The translations under genes were made by a program, and so were the position numbers. The notes beneath the pieces are model-generated. The model searched no databases. It had not been told where the DNA came from and was given only the letters and a program-made list of their open reading frames with translations. Of a DNA stretch of 64,000 nucleotides, positions 24,570 to 36,520 are shown piece after piece (position 1 is the stretch's first letter; every line of letters begins with the position of its first letter). Origin of the DNA: Felis catus (lineage: Eukaryota); the NCBI RefSeq assembly GCF_018350175.1, contig NC_058368.1, forward strand, positions 236,656,001 through 236,720,000. The letters are read 5' to 3'.

Positions 24570-26095
24570 TTCAACTCTTTCTTTTACGTGTACTTATTTT
24601 GTATACATTTTAAAGCACTCCCTGAGGAAATTACTATTGAGATTTAGTTGGGGCGAAAATGTCTTGTTGTCAAGGTTATATGAGTGTATTTCCATAAACA
24701 CTGTAACTGTAGGTAAGATGATTTTTCTAACAAATCTGCTATAGGTTAGCTGGTCTATAATACAGGTCAGAGCTTCAAACATTCCCAAAGGGATGCAAAT
24801 ATTTCTTTCAGTGTCTTTGAGGATTATACTAGATGCTTCATCCAAGGGCACAAAGGGATCATTTAGCTGATTGTTCAAGAAAGACCTAGAGACAATGGAG
24901 TTCTCTGTATGAAATTAGGCTCTGGCTTGTTGTAACTGTTCCTTGTGAGGAAAGCCCTTTGAGAAACTTAATCAACGCTTTCAGGATTGCCATGCATAAT
25001 TATTCAATTATGGCTTCGGGGCACCAAGAATGTACCAATAGGTTGAAATATTGTGACTTTCCAAACACAATCTTTTCTTTAAAATGGGCTAAAATTACCT
25101 TTAAGATTTAACAAATTAATAATAGTGTCTATGTCCACACTCTTAGAGAAAAATAATTCTGGCACTAAAGATTGCTAATCCATGAAATTCAGAACAAGAA
25201 AACCACTTATTGATAAAATTCAATTTAGTGGGGAAAATACACTAAAGCAACACTGATCCCCAGCCACGTTTCCATTCTAACGTAAGCCTAAGAGCTGGTG
25301 TGGCCACCCAGTGATACAGCCCTGTGCTTCTATTGTCCGTCTTTAGAGTAATTCAGGATCCACTTCTAATCCAAAGCACTTCTTCTGCATAAATGATAAA
25401 CTGACACAGAAATGTTTAGTGGTAAATGTATTGCCCAGTTCTTAGCAATAATTTGTTATGTTTTAAAAGTGCTTTTGCTTCTAAGGGTGGTGACAAGCTA
25501 AAAGGTTGTGTCCATTCATCAGAAGATGTTAACGCTAATGAACGGGAGTCTAAAAAGCACAGGTGTGGGAGGCAGAACAAAGGACGAGCAAGTTGAGCCA
25601 CTGCCTGGGGAGTCAAAAGGTAGTGGAGTGTTCCTACAGCACCCACCTCCCCCAGAAGTTCCTCTAGAAGTTCTCTGGGAAAACTTAAGTGTTCAATTTC
25701 AAAATGGCAGAACAAAGAACACATTTTTAAAACATGAAACTGTTTAGCCAGTCCAATATGATTTCCAGGACAAAGAATTGTAGGTAGTTTTTTTCCCCCC
25801 ATTTTCTTGTTTGTTTCAGTGACACAATTTCAGTGATAGACTTTCTAAAAATACTTGAGAATGCACGGAGAAAGTAAAAGGACCAGATCGACAGAGACGC
25901 CAAGGACTGGCCCAGTTTCAAAAGAAGAAAAACAACGCACACTAAGATTACGTCACAGTGAGTCCAGTAGAAATGTGGCGAAATTTTGGATGGTGAGATA
26001 CTAGATACTTTCCACTTCTTAACTTGCATGTTGTTCATATATATAGCCAATCAATTGGCTAATCAATACCAAATAGGTTAACACACACCTAATTT

Positions 26096-26314
26096 TTTTT
26101 TAATTTTTTTTCAACGTTTATTTATTTTTGGGACAGAGAGAGACAGAGCATGAACGGGGGAGGGGCAGAGAGAGAGGGAGACACAGAATTGGAAACAGGC
26201 TCCAGGCTCTGAGCCATCAGCCCAGAGCCTGACACGGGGCTCGAACTCCCGGACCGCGAGATCGTGACCTGGCTGAAGTTGGGCGCTTAACCAACTGCGC
26301 CACCCAGGCGCCCC
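26096..26314 (-). mobile_element. CAN-SINE, young SINEC_Fc-type
   Basis: Full length; perfect 16-bp TSD aacacacacctaattt at 26080-26095 and 26315-26330. Confidence 0.97.
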
Positions 26315-26456
26315 AACACACACCTAATTTGAAGTTGCATTTTTGATGCGACAGATCACAGAAAATATGGAAACACTGATGTCAAAAACTTACTGGAAAG
26401 TAAACTTGGGATATACTTGTCCTAAGATGACATTCACTAGAATAAAGTAGACTCTT

Positions 26457-26662
26457 GGGGAGGCTGGGGGGCTCAGTGTCAGACTCTTGATTTCCGTTCA
26501 GGTCATGATCTCAGGGTTTGTGAGTCTGAGCCCCGCACTGGGCTCTACACTAACAGCACGGAGTCAGCTTGGGGTTCTCTCTCTCCCTGTCTCTCTCTGT
26601 CCCTTGCCCACTTGAGCTCTCTTTCAAATAAATAAATAAACATTTAAGAAAAAAAAAGAAAG
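26457..26662 (+). mobile_element. CAN-SINE, diverged
   Basis: 'gactcttgatttccgttcaggtcatgatctcaggg', (CT)n, A-tail; TSD-like aaaRtagactc. Confidence 0.92.
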
Positions 26663-26724
26663 AAAATAGACTCAAGTGGTGGTGGCTCATAGGTTTCTGA
26701 ATGCCTCAAAGGGGACCATTTGGC

Positions 26725-27180
26725 ATTGGTTACTTAGGGTTCCTTATTTGCAAACAGCAGAGACAGATTGTCCAAAATAAATAAAGGGACTTCACAGTAA
26801 AACTGTTGGGGAAATGGCTCAGAGATTTCACAACTGTTCCACCAGAGTGCAGTGCAGAAAACACAGCCACAGCCACGTGGCAGAAAATGGCTGGGCTGCT
26901 TGTACCCGTGTGATGAATAACCCCCAATTCACTCCTCAGTTCTTGAATCTCTGACTCATGGTGCAAGATCCCAGGAGGTAATCCCATTGGCTGAGCTCAA
27001 ATCATGTGACTATCACCATGCTCTTAGAGACTGTCACCAAAACAGGAGAAAACACAACTGTCCCCTTTGCATTCACTACCTTCCCACAAAGACTGCTCAT
27101 AGTGGAAGGCAGACCATTATCCCAACAATGTCGTATTTTGATTCGCAGAAGTGGGGTGGGTGTTTGCAGCACAGCTAACA
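26725..27180. mobile_element. Old MaLR LTR remnant (MLT1J/K/L-like)
   Basis: 'ttagggttccttatttgcaaacagcagagac' and 'cattggctgagctcaaatcatgtg' resemble old MLT1 motifs. Confidence 0.4.
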
Positions 27181-27959
27181 AGCTTTCACTACAAATGGCC
27201 TATCAAAGAGCTTTTTAAAGAAGACTTAGCCAATGAACAACTGATGCGGAATTTAACTGGAATGTTTTCCCTACTGCAAACACAGTCCTTGTCCCATTGT
27301 AATCACGTAACAGCATTATTTGAGCAAGGTGATAGATGGCCCGTGACCCAACTGTTGTGTTCTAAGGAGATGGGCTATAGGCAGCTGACTCAGAAAGTGG
27401 ATTTCAGTCACTGCAAGAAAAGGCACAAATGTCATGCATGACGCAAGACCTAAGGGAAGAAAAGCAAGAGGTAAGAGGGAAGAAGAACATGGAGAATGGA
27501 AAAATAGAACCTGGTCTCTGTCACAGAGAAACATCGTCACTAGTTGAGATAATGCCTGATATTAAATGTGGGGCAATTTGGAACATTTCTGTGCCTCGTT
27601 TGCTAACGACTGATGTTGTGCAGAGCACCTTCCTGCAGATACATGAGGAAGACCCATGGGCATGGGCGAGGGAACTGCTAAGGGGGCCATCCAGCCCTCC
27701 TAAAGCCAGGCTTTTACTGTGGAGGATATCTTTCTAAGACGAAAGGAAGCAATTATTCTGCACTACGTTGACACTGCAATATTCTGGGTGCCACATTTTT
27801 GGAGATGTTTCAAAGGAGATCATCACAGACATAAACAACTCACAGAAACTACGACAAGATAGAAACCACTAGACAGTTGAGCAAACTGCAACTATCCTGA
27901 CTGAAGAAGAGAAGACAACGTTACTTAAGTTTTCCCCCCCACCAAAAGCCCGAAGCATC

Positions 27960-28255
27960 ATTCAGTACCCATGATCATCTCTCCATTTATGTAAATGGCT
28001 ATCTTTGTCGTAAATCAACTGTTGGCACAGGTGTGCATCTTTCTCTACAGTCCCTACTCTGATCCATTACTCTTCTTTGTCTTGGCTCCTGTCTTTACCA
28101 TCCAAACTATTATACCCTTGGAATAATATCCAAGGTCAAGAATAATATCCCGATATCCAGCAGACCATGTTGTCTAATTTTCAAAAGTATCTTGACTATT
28201 CTGGGTTCTTTACACTTTCGTGTAAGTTTTAGAATCAGCTTGTTAAATACCCCCC

Positions 28256-28256
<1 letters not shown>
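27960..28256 (-). mobile_element. Ancient L1 ORF2 fragment
   Basis: 'tcttgactattctgggttctttacactttcgtgtaagttttagaatcagcttgttaaat' is an L1 antisense signature. Confidence 0.75.
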
Positions 28257-28260
<4 letters not shown>

Positions 28261-28309
<49 letters not shown>

Positions 28310-28334
28310 CGCACACACACACACACACGCACGC
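28261..28334 (+). repeat. (CA)n/(CG)-interrupted microsatellite
   Basis: Directly visible. Confidence 0.97.
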
Positions 28335-28339
28335 ATGCA

Positions 28340-28559
28340 GAGTCTGTTTATATGTGTGCTAGACCACTTACCCATCTCATTTCATCACCCATAGGCTATG
28401 CTTTTGGTTTTATCTCAGTTTTGTAATTTGTGTATTTAATGTTCATGGATTTGAATTCATAAATTCTATTTTTCTCTGTGCCCAGTCTGCCACTAAACCT
28501 ATCCACTGACTTACTTTAACTTTTAGATATCATATTTGATAGTTCTAAAATGTCAATCT
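28340..28559 (-). mobile_element. L1 ORF1/HAL1-like remnant
   Basis: 'tctctgtgcccagtctgccactaaacctatccactgac...tagttctaaaatgtcaatctgg'. Confidence 0.5.
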
Positions 28560-28687
28560 GGGGGCACCTGGGTGGCTCAGTCATTTAAGCATCTGACTGT
28601 TGATTTCACCTCAGGTCATGATCTCACAGTTCATGAGTTCGAGCCCTACATCAGGCTCTGCACTGGCAGCATGGAGACTGCTTTGGG

Positions 28688-28727
<40 letters not shown>

Positions 28728-28750
28728 CCTCCCCTGCTCATGCTCACTCT
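28560..28750 (+). mobile_element. CAN-SINE lacking A-tail
   Basis: Head ggggcacctgggtggctcag, long (CT)n, ends abruptly at 'atgctcactct'. Confidence 0.93.
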
Positions 28751-29334
28751 GTGGTGTTGTTTTTAATGGTAACCTAACCCCTGCAAATCATGGTCACCTT
28801 AGCATGCCTTTCTGCATTCTTATTCACACCATCCTGTGAGAAAGCCACACTCTGCTTAGGCTCTGTCTGCTGGCACCGAGAGTTTAGAAGACACCCCCGG
28901 GGAGAAAACTTCTCTCAAATACTATAGCCCTGCATGGGTTATCATCCGATGTCTGCTGACTCTGCCTTATAGTTTCTGTGTTTTTATACCTATTGATTGC
29001 CACAGAGTAAGTCTAGTACCAAATTCCCTGTCATGGCAGTAGCTCAAGTCCCACACACTTATTTGGATGTTACATACATCAGAGATATGCAGAAGACCAG
29101 GAAAGAGTGAATAACTGTAACACTAAAAGTGTTTTGTTTTGTTTTCTTTTCTTTTCTTTTGGGCAATGCCCAATACCAATATCCAAAATACCAAAACATA
29201 CCAATATCAATACCCCCCCAAAAAGGCAAATTACATAAACAGACAACTATTATCTCCTGAAAGAAAAGGTCCTGACATTTTAAAGGGCATTTCATTTTCA
29301 TTTTCTCTTGTCAATCAGGGCTTACAGAGCTTAT

Positions 29335-29800
29335 AACTCCTGTTGGTGATGAAGTTGGGAGAAAACTGGGGAACTCTCCTTTTCTGTGGTTCAATCAATG
29401 TCTGAATGAAGGCAACCTCTCTGGAGGGCAATCTGGCTACAGATATTTCATTTCTTTCAAGATATGAATACTGTTGTACAAATGATTCCATTTGTAAGAG
29501 TTTTGCTGAGGAGCTAGTGAAGCATGTATTCTAAGCTGTAGGCAATAAAGCGTCCATCCCTTTATTGTATATTTTAAAGAGAAGGAAATTCCTTATTAGA
29601 GTAGAGCGTATAAATGTGAAATTCAGAATGAATTTCATCATAGGAAAATTTCCATTTGTTAAGTGGAAACTGTAAAATCTCTTATTCTATGATCTCATTT
29701 TGAGGGAATAAATAAATATGTATAGAAGGACTGTAGGTGATTTTACATTATTTTTGCAAGTACTCCCATTATTTTCATAATAAATATCTATTGTAGGTAG
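29335..29800 (+). mobile_element. Ancient L1 (L1ME-type) 3' fragment
   Basis: 'tgttggtgatgaagttgggagaaaactggggaactctc...caacctctctggagggcaatctggc...atgattccatttgtaag'. Confidence 0.6.
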
Positions 29801-29845
29801 AAAAAAAGATCATAACAATTTTATCTTACCAAAGAGAACATTTTC

Positions 29846-30068
29846 TTTTTTTTTTTTTAATTTTTTTAACGTTTACTTATTTTTGAGACAGAGAGAGACA
29901 GAGCATGAATGGGGGAGGGTCAGAGAGAGGGAGACACAGAATCTGAAACAGGCTCTAGGCTCTGAGCGGTCAGCACAGAGCCTGACGCAGGGCTCGAACT
30001 CACAGACTGTGAGATCATGACCTGAGCCAAAGTCGGACGCTTAACTGACTGAGCCACTCAGGCACCCC
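29846..30068 (-). mobile_element. CAN-SINE
   Basis: Full length; TSD ccaaagagaacattttc. Confidence 0.97.
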
Positions 30069-31359
30069 CAAAGAGAACATTTTCAAATGCCAAATTATAA
30101 TATAAACAAAATTCTCTGAGTTTGGGCAGAGAACATTAAAAGTGTTTTTTTGATTTTTTGTTTGTTAATAAGATATATGTTTAAAATTGTTTTCCATATA
30201 TTATCCTACTGGTTAATTATCCTTCCTTTTTTTTGGTCCTTTTTTCTTTGACAAAGGAAATAGATGAGAATGTAGGAATAATGCAAACGCTCCGAGACAT
30301 TGATTCATTTGGATAAAGTTTTGGTAAACTATTTTGATATTAGTGTTTTAGATTTGTAGCACCATTATTCAAATAAGCTTGTATTAAACTTCCCAAATAC
30401 ACGATTTTTAGAAGTTTGAAGGCAGTTCAAATGTTCTAAAGATTTCCTCTACTGAAGACAAGTAGCTTAAATCTTGCCTGCTTCCAATTCTGATGGTATT
30501 TTTCTAACCCTTGCCTTCACCGCTTGGGCATAAATTTAAACAGTAGCTTAAATGCAAGCCACCAAGGGTTGGGATAAATACATCTTCAGCTGCATGAGAA
30601 ATATGAAAACAGCATGTGAGAATAGACTACAGAAAGTAGTGTCTCTATAAAAAAAAATTGACAGAAATTGAGTTTGAGAAGCACACATGGAGATTTTTCT
30701 TCTAAGGCCATTTTGATTAATCTAATCCACCACGACAAATTCACACTTCAATATGAGAGGTGAGGGTGCCTGAAGATGCCCTTTACTATCATCCAAGGGG
30801 GAAAAATATGTCTGAGTACGAGATGAAAACATGGCAAGCCTAAGTGTGTGATAAGGATCTGAACTGTGGCTGGTGCGATAATGTGCAAGTGACAGCTCCC
30901 GGGAGAAGAGGCGGGCACCCCGTGTTCTCCCTGCTCAAGGACCAGGACAGACGGAAACCAGCTTTCCACGTTAAATAAGTTCCTTCCAGTAGCAGCGAGG
31001 AAATGCAACGTCCCGCACATTTCTCTTGTGTGCCCAAATCAGCACCTGCAGAGACGTATTTATTCAAGGGAAATTGTGTTTTCTACGTAATTATGCCCTG
31101 GGGTTGTCTGACACTATTCCTGGAAGAATATTGTTGAGCTTCCAAGACCAGTTGTTGCAAAATGTGTACAAAAAATAAAAGAAGAGGTGATTAAAGCAGA
31201 GCGTGGAGTCACTCTAAATCAACTCACGAAGGTGTATTATCTTCCTCTTGTTCTCAGGTGATTAAGCTTGATTTTCTTCAGATGGCCTAAAGGATTTTTG
31301 TCTCGAAGTCCCCTCAGGTTTTATCTCTCCACACACTTACCCATCCGTCCTTCTAGACA

Positions 31360-32130
31360 TCCCCCCACCATCGAATGCCCCCCATTATCAGGCACTGGGT
31401 GACATACTCAGTAAACTGACACTTTCAGGCTCTAGGAGGCACAGGACTTACACACGTAAGGCCACACATTGTTAGAGCATCGCACAGTGATAAGCACTTG
31501 GGAGGAAAGAACAGACATGATGAAAAGATCATACAAAGGACATGAGATACTTAGTGGGTTTCGGGGGGGGGGGGGCGACGGTCAAACCAGCTCTGGGATG
31601 GAGGGGAGTAACATTTGCACTCAGACCTGGGGCGGTGGGACACAGAAGAAATAGCACGGAGGGTGCCATGAAGCGGACAGCCACTTACCATTTTTAAGGA
31701 ACTGAATGAAGACAGCTCTGGGAAACTCAAGGAATAGTGGGAACCGAGATGGTGGAAAAGTAAGGCACAGGGAGAAGAGTGATCCTGCCAGAGCCCTTGG
31801 GGTCTGCCCAGCCGTGGAGAGTTCTTCACTTTATTAAGAAATTTTTTAATGTTTATTTTTGAGAGAGAGACAGAGACAGAGACAGAGACAGAGAGTGCGA
31901 GTGGGGGAGGGGCAGAGAGAGAGGGAGACACAGAATCCGAAGCGAGCTCCAGGCTCCGAGCTGTCAGCACAGAACCCGATGTGTGGCTCCAACTCACGAG
32001 CTGTGAGATCATGACTTGAGCCGCAGTCAGACACTCAACCAACTGAGCCACCCAGGGGCCCCAAGTTCTTCGCTTTATTAAAAGTCAGGTGAGAAATGAC
32101 TGAAGGGTGCGGTGTCATGGAGCAAGGTCT
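31360..32130 (-). mobile_element. L2 LINE remnant interrupted by a SINE
   Basis: 'caggcactgggtgacatactcagtaaac...cagtgataagcact...ggaactgaatgaagac...gagttcttcactttatt'. Confidence 0.55.
31838..32062 (-). mobile_element. CAN-SINE
   Basis: Full length; 18-bp TSD agttcttcRctttattaa. Confidence 0.96.
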
Positions 32131-32825
32131 TCTAATTTTTATATTTATAACATCTAAAAGTTCATTCTGGTTTCCCACATACACACCAAACGCTCCTGCT
32201 CAAGGTCAAAGCTGGAAGACGAGCCAGCCTGGGATACGATGAGGAGGGAGAGTCAATACGGAGTGTGATGGCCCGGCAGACTCATCCAGTGATGCACCGG
32301 TTGCCAGGACTACCACAGAGGGTCATTCAAAGACCCCAGTGCCCACCTCTGCAGTTGGGTGCAGAGCCCTGCCACTCAGAAGGCTGGGCAAGGCTGGGGA
32401 CAGGGAAAGAGGGGGTGACAACAGCCTCAAATACAGTTCTGAGCATGGGATGTTTGAAATGTTGGCAAAAAAACCCAAGTCCTAGAGAATATGCAAAGCA
32501 GCTGATGATTGAATATGTAATTTCACAGCTCAGATAAAAGGCCCTAGCTCCGTGGTACACATCGTGTGAGTTACATCATTTATTAAACATGCCCCCATCT
32601 CCTAATTCCTAATAACGAATCATGCCACTAGTTCACCTCATTAGCCAAAGGTAAGGAAAACACAATTCGGATAAGGAATTTTACTGTTTGCTGAAAAAGC
32701 CAATTAGAGAAAATCTCCCTTAACTTTAAACGAGGATCGTTGACCAACATACGAGGAGAGGTTGGTAAGCCGTGTGGCCTCCTCCCTGGACATGCACACT
32801 ATCTGGATTCCAAATATGCATGGCT

Positions 32826-33161
32826 TGGTCTTGTTCTGCTCAGGCTGCTTCAACAAGTCATTGTAGATTTTATTTGCTGCTTGTTTCTCAGAGTCCTGCA
32901 TTCTGAAAGTCCAAGGTCAAAGTGCAGGCATGGTTAGTGTCTCCCGTTTCATAGATGGCCACCATCTCCCTGCGTGCTTAACGGGCAGAGAGCAGACCAA
33001 GGAAGCAAGCACCTTGTCTCTTCTTATAAGAGCAGGCATCCCACCCCGAGGACTCCACCCCATGACCTAGTCACCTCCCGCCCCCGTGTACCACCGCACT
33101 GGGAATTAGGGTTTCGGCATATGAATGGAGGGGGACCAGTGCCAACACTCAATCCGCAACA
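32826..33161 (-). mobile_element. MaLR solo LTR (MLT1A-like)
   Basis: 'aagtccaaggtcaaagtg', 'tctcttcttataagagca', 'ctccaccccatgacctagtcacctccc', 'ttagggtttcggcatatgaat'. Confidence 0.8.
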
Positions 33162-33489
33162 TTCTTCACAGCACCTATCTGGCTTCTACTCTCATATGAT
33201 TATCTGTGTCCATAGAGATGTGGCTTCATTATCTTTCATGTGCTTAGCTTTACACAATTGATAAATAGGAAAAATGGACACTTCCATTTTTATGTGGACT
33301 TGGCCATTTGAGAAGAGATAGTGAGTCAGCTATTTGTCTACACCGCCCACCTGGCACATGGCTCAGACGTCTGAGTTACACTCTGAAACACTGCACAGCT
33401 TTTTCTATAGGAGATTTTTTCCTTTTGTTACTGAAATATTTTTTTTTTCATGACGGACAACTTTTCACTAAATAAAAATAGGAAAGTGG

Positions 33490-33615
33490 ATGAACACTGT
33501 TCACCTTCTATATGCCAGGCACTGTGTGGGTTCTTTATGGAATTAGTCATTCTTATACAGGGAGCTGTCACAGGGATGTGACCGGCTGGTGAGCAGGGAG
33601 CAGGGGTCTGCCCTG
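33490..33615 (-). mobile_element. MIR remnant
   Basis: 'ttctatatgccaggcactgtg...tttatggaattagtcatt'. Confidence 0.45.
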
Positions 33616-33629
33616 AGGGACTCTCATCT

Positions 33630-33860
33630 CAGTGAAGCACGCTTCCAGTGTGATGAGAGCCTGGGAGCTTCTTTGCACCTCCTACGAGCAAAAACAAAGC
33701 AAGACGGGGCTAGAATTTGATGGGGTGGTCGGGGAAACCCTCTCTGAGGAAGACTCGTGTAGACAGAAGAACAAGCCAGCACCCAGGAACTTGTTTCCCG
33801 GTGAAGCAAAGGGTTGGACGGGCTTGGAGAGTTTTTGCAGAGCATGGCTACCTGAAGGGT
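33630..33860 (-). mobile_element. L2 remnant
   Basis: 'tttgatggggtggtcggggaaaccctctctgaggaag...tttcccggtgaagcaaa'. Confidence 0.5.
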
Positions 33861-35351
33861 ATTCTGGAAAGATAGAGGTGATTACAGACGAGTAATGTCT
33901 TTATCAGGCAGGCCTAGGTGAGAGACAGACTCAGATTACTGGAGGCGGGGAAATAAAAGAAAGGAAGGCGGTGTATCACCTACGTGGATGTGGAGGTCAA
34001 CAAGAGAGAGGTCGTTGCTGGTTACAGGGTAGTCCAAGGAGGAAGTGGGGGGTCTTGACACGGTTGAAGAGCGTGCATGGACGTGCCATTACAAGACTAA
34101 GGGAAGAAGAAGTAGCAGATCTTTCAATTTCTGCATGTCTGTTTCATCTGCCTGAGTCAATATCTTGCATGGCGATGCCATCGGTGGCTTGAACAATCAG
34201 CCCTCGGGGGTCCCCAGAACCAGAAGATACCGCGTCACTCCGGAAGCAGAGCTCCCAGAGACTGTGCTACATCTTCCTCATATTCTCAACAATTTCAATA
34301 GTCTTTATTTTTTCAGGCCTTGAGTGTCTGTCCTAATCATAACCTTTTATCTTAAAACAGTAAACCTAAATTTCCTCACTAAACAAAATGTCACCAGAAT
34401 TCCTCCCCCTCCCCCTCCCCCTCCTTGGATGCCCTATTCAGAGAAACAAAAAGAAATTCATGACACAATTAGCAAAATCTGTTTTTGACTAATTATTCTC
34501 TCTTACATATGGTAAAAAGGTTTATATAGCTCTATATATTTAAATTTATATACTTTAAATAATTGATTTCATATATATATTTTTTTTTCTACTGGGAAAT
34601 GTTGTCATAATGGCATTTGGTCTCCAAGGTCTAATTACACATATTCTCTTTCAGCCATGCTATATATTTTACTCATTAACTTTTTAAAAAATCAACCGAA
34701 GAAATGCTTCCGTGGCAACCTCAAGGCAATCTGATGTTTTCATGCCCACACAAGTTAAAATACATAATTAGAAATAACATCTTTCTCTTTTACAGAAATC
34801 CCCTGCAATCACTTCTAAACCATTTGTACTCACCCAGCATATTCGGGGCTATTTAGAAGCCAAATAAAATAATCACTTATTTACCTGTTTCTCAAACAAT
34901 GTGTAATTTAGAACACCAATCAGATCGATTTTCCACTCTAAATACAAGACAAGGAGAAAGTTTGTTCTTCCTTCAAACATAATTGTGTGTGTGCAGTGAA
35001 CTCTAAGCCGTGGCGTGGGGAGAGGAAGGGGTATTTTACTGCTACTGAATAGGGGAGATTTCTTCATTTTGAACATTTATTGCTAGCTTGAAGATGCTCA
35101 GATTGTGTCTTGAAAAATTTTGCAAAACCTCCAGAAGCATGAATTTGCTCAGGTGCAGAACTGAAAAGCCTCTGTTTCACAAGCACAATCCTAGGTGTGT
35201 GACTGACTCAGTGATTATCAAGCACCTGAGGCAGTTTCTATTTGCTCAATTTCAAACATGTAAGTTAATGAATGTGAAGTTACATTACGTGAAAAATTTG
35301 TATTTGAAGGAATCCATCCACACAATAACAGTGACCATTAAAAAAATCTTT

Positions 35352-35562
35352 GGGGCGCCTGGCTGGCTCAGTGGGTTAAGCATCTGACTACGGCTCAGGT
35401 CATAATCTCGCCCTTTGTGGGTTTGAGACCTGCGTCGGGGTCTGTGCTGATGGCTCAGAGCCTGGAGCCTGCTTCAGATTCGATGTCTCCCTCTGTCTGC
35501 CCCTCTCCCACGCATGCTCTGTCTCTCTCTCTTTCAAAAATAAATATTAAAAAAAATTAAAA
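35352..35562 (+). mobile_element. CAN-SINE
   Basis: Head ggggcgcctggctggctcag, (CT)n, A-tail. Confidence 0.95.
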
Positions 35563-36419
35563 CACCTGGAAATGTTATTAAAGCTCATACTTATTAACTG
35601 AAAGGATGTTAAACAACGCATATACATCATTCTATCTGTTTTATGATCAGCCCCTGTCTGTTGTTCATCTTTAGAACATTAATATAGTTGTTAAAATATG
35701 ATGTGTAAGGTCTTCACTGAGCCTCCCAGCATTGCGAACACAGATTCTCAGTGTGTTACTAACAGTAGATGTGGCAACTTCTTGGTTCTGAAAATAACAC
35801 CCTGGCCTTCCACTCAAAAGTAAATACGTACGTACATAAGACTTATTTTTGTCTCCAACAAGGTGATAGTGTTATTCTTTTGCCAATTTGCAAACTGAAA
35901 TAGCACAATTAAAAACACGTCTAATCTTCTCGCTTCATGTTTCCCTAATTTTTGAACCTCAGATTTTGGGGAAGGAAACGCTCACACGAATTTATCAGCC
36001 TCCTGTGCGCCCCTGACTCTTTCAGCTACATGATGCTCAGGATCTGCTCAGAAGGCAGAGTCGGTCTGAGCCCCACCCTCACGGGACCACGCTCTCCTGC
36101 CGGTGGCTGAGGAGCTCAGCAGAGGCCCCCACTTCCCATCTTGTCACTTGGAGAACGTAAGTGATGCACGGCCCCTGCTGCGTCCCGCCCTGTCTATTCT
36201 CCTCTGGAATCTGAAGCCCCTTTGATGCTCTGCACAAGGCTTGCTGACTCTGATTTTGCCCCTGCGCAGTGTGATGAATCCAGGTGTCTCTTGTATGGAA
36301 AAGCATGGCCGTGACAATGCCCCCACCGTCTCGACAGTCAGTGTATAGTAATTTCACATGCAGTCTCTCCGTCAGTCCCTCGGGTGACCCTGCAAGATTC
36401 TGGTCTTGCTGCTGACCTA

Positions 36420-36520
36420 TAAGGGAGGAAACTGGAGGCTCAGAGAGAGAGAGTGCCTTGTCTGAGGTCACACAGGTGGCCAAGTCCCCCCCGGGCTTTG
36501 AGCCTGACTCTAACAGCACT
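36420..36520 (-). mobile_element. MIR core
   Basis: 'gaggaaactggaggctcagagag...gccttgtctgaggtcacacagg'. Confidence 0.7.

Noticed and set aside
23973..25562. Two plus-strand exon candidates (23973-24105 and 25486-25562) as a coding pair
   Set aside because: First donor is weak (GTAGAT) and joining them puts a TGA in the APPASP... frame; peptides not recognised
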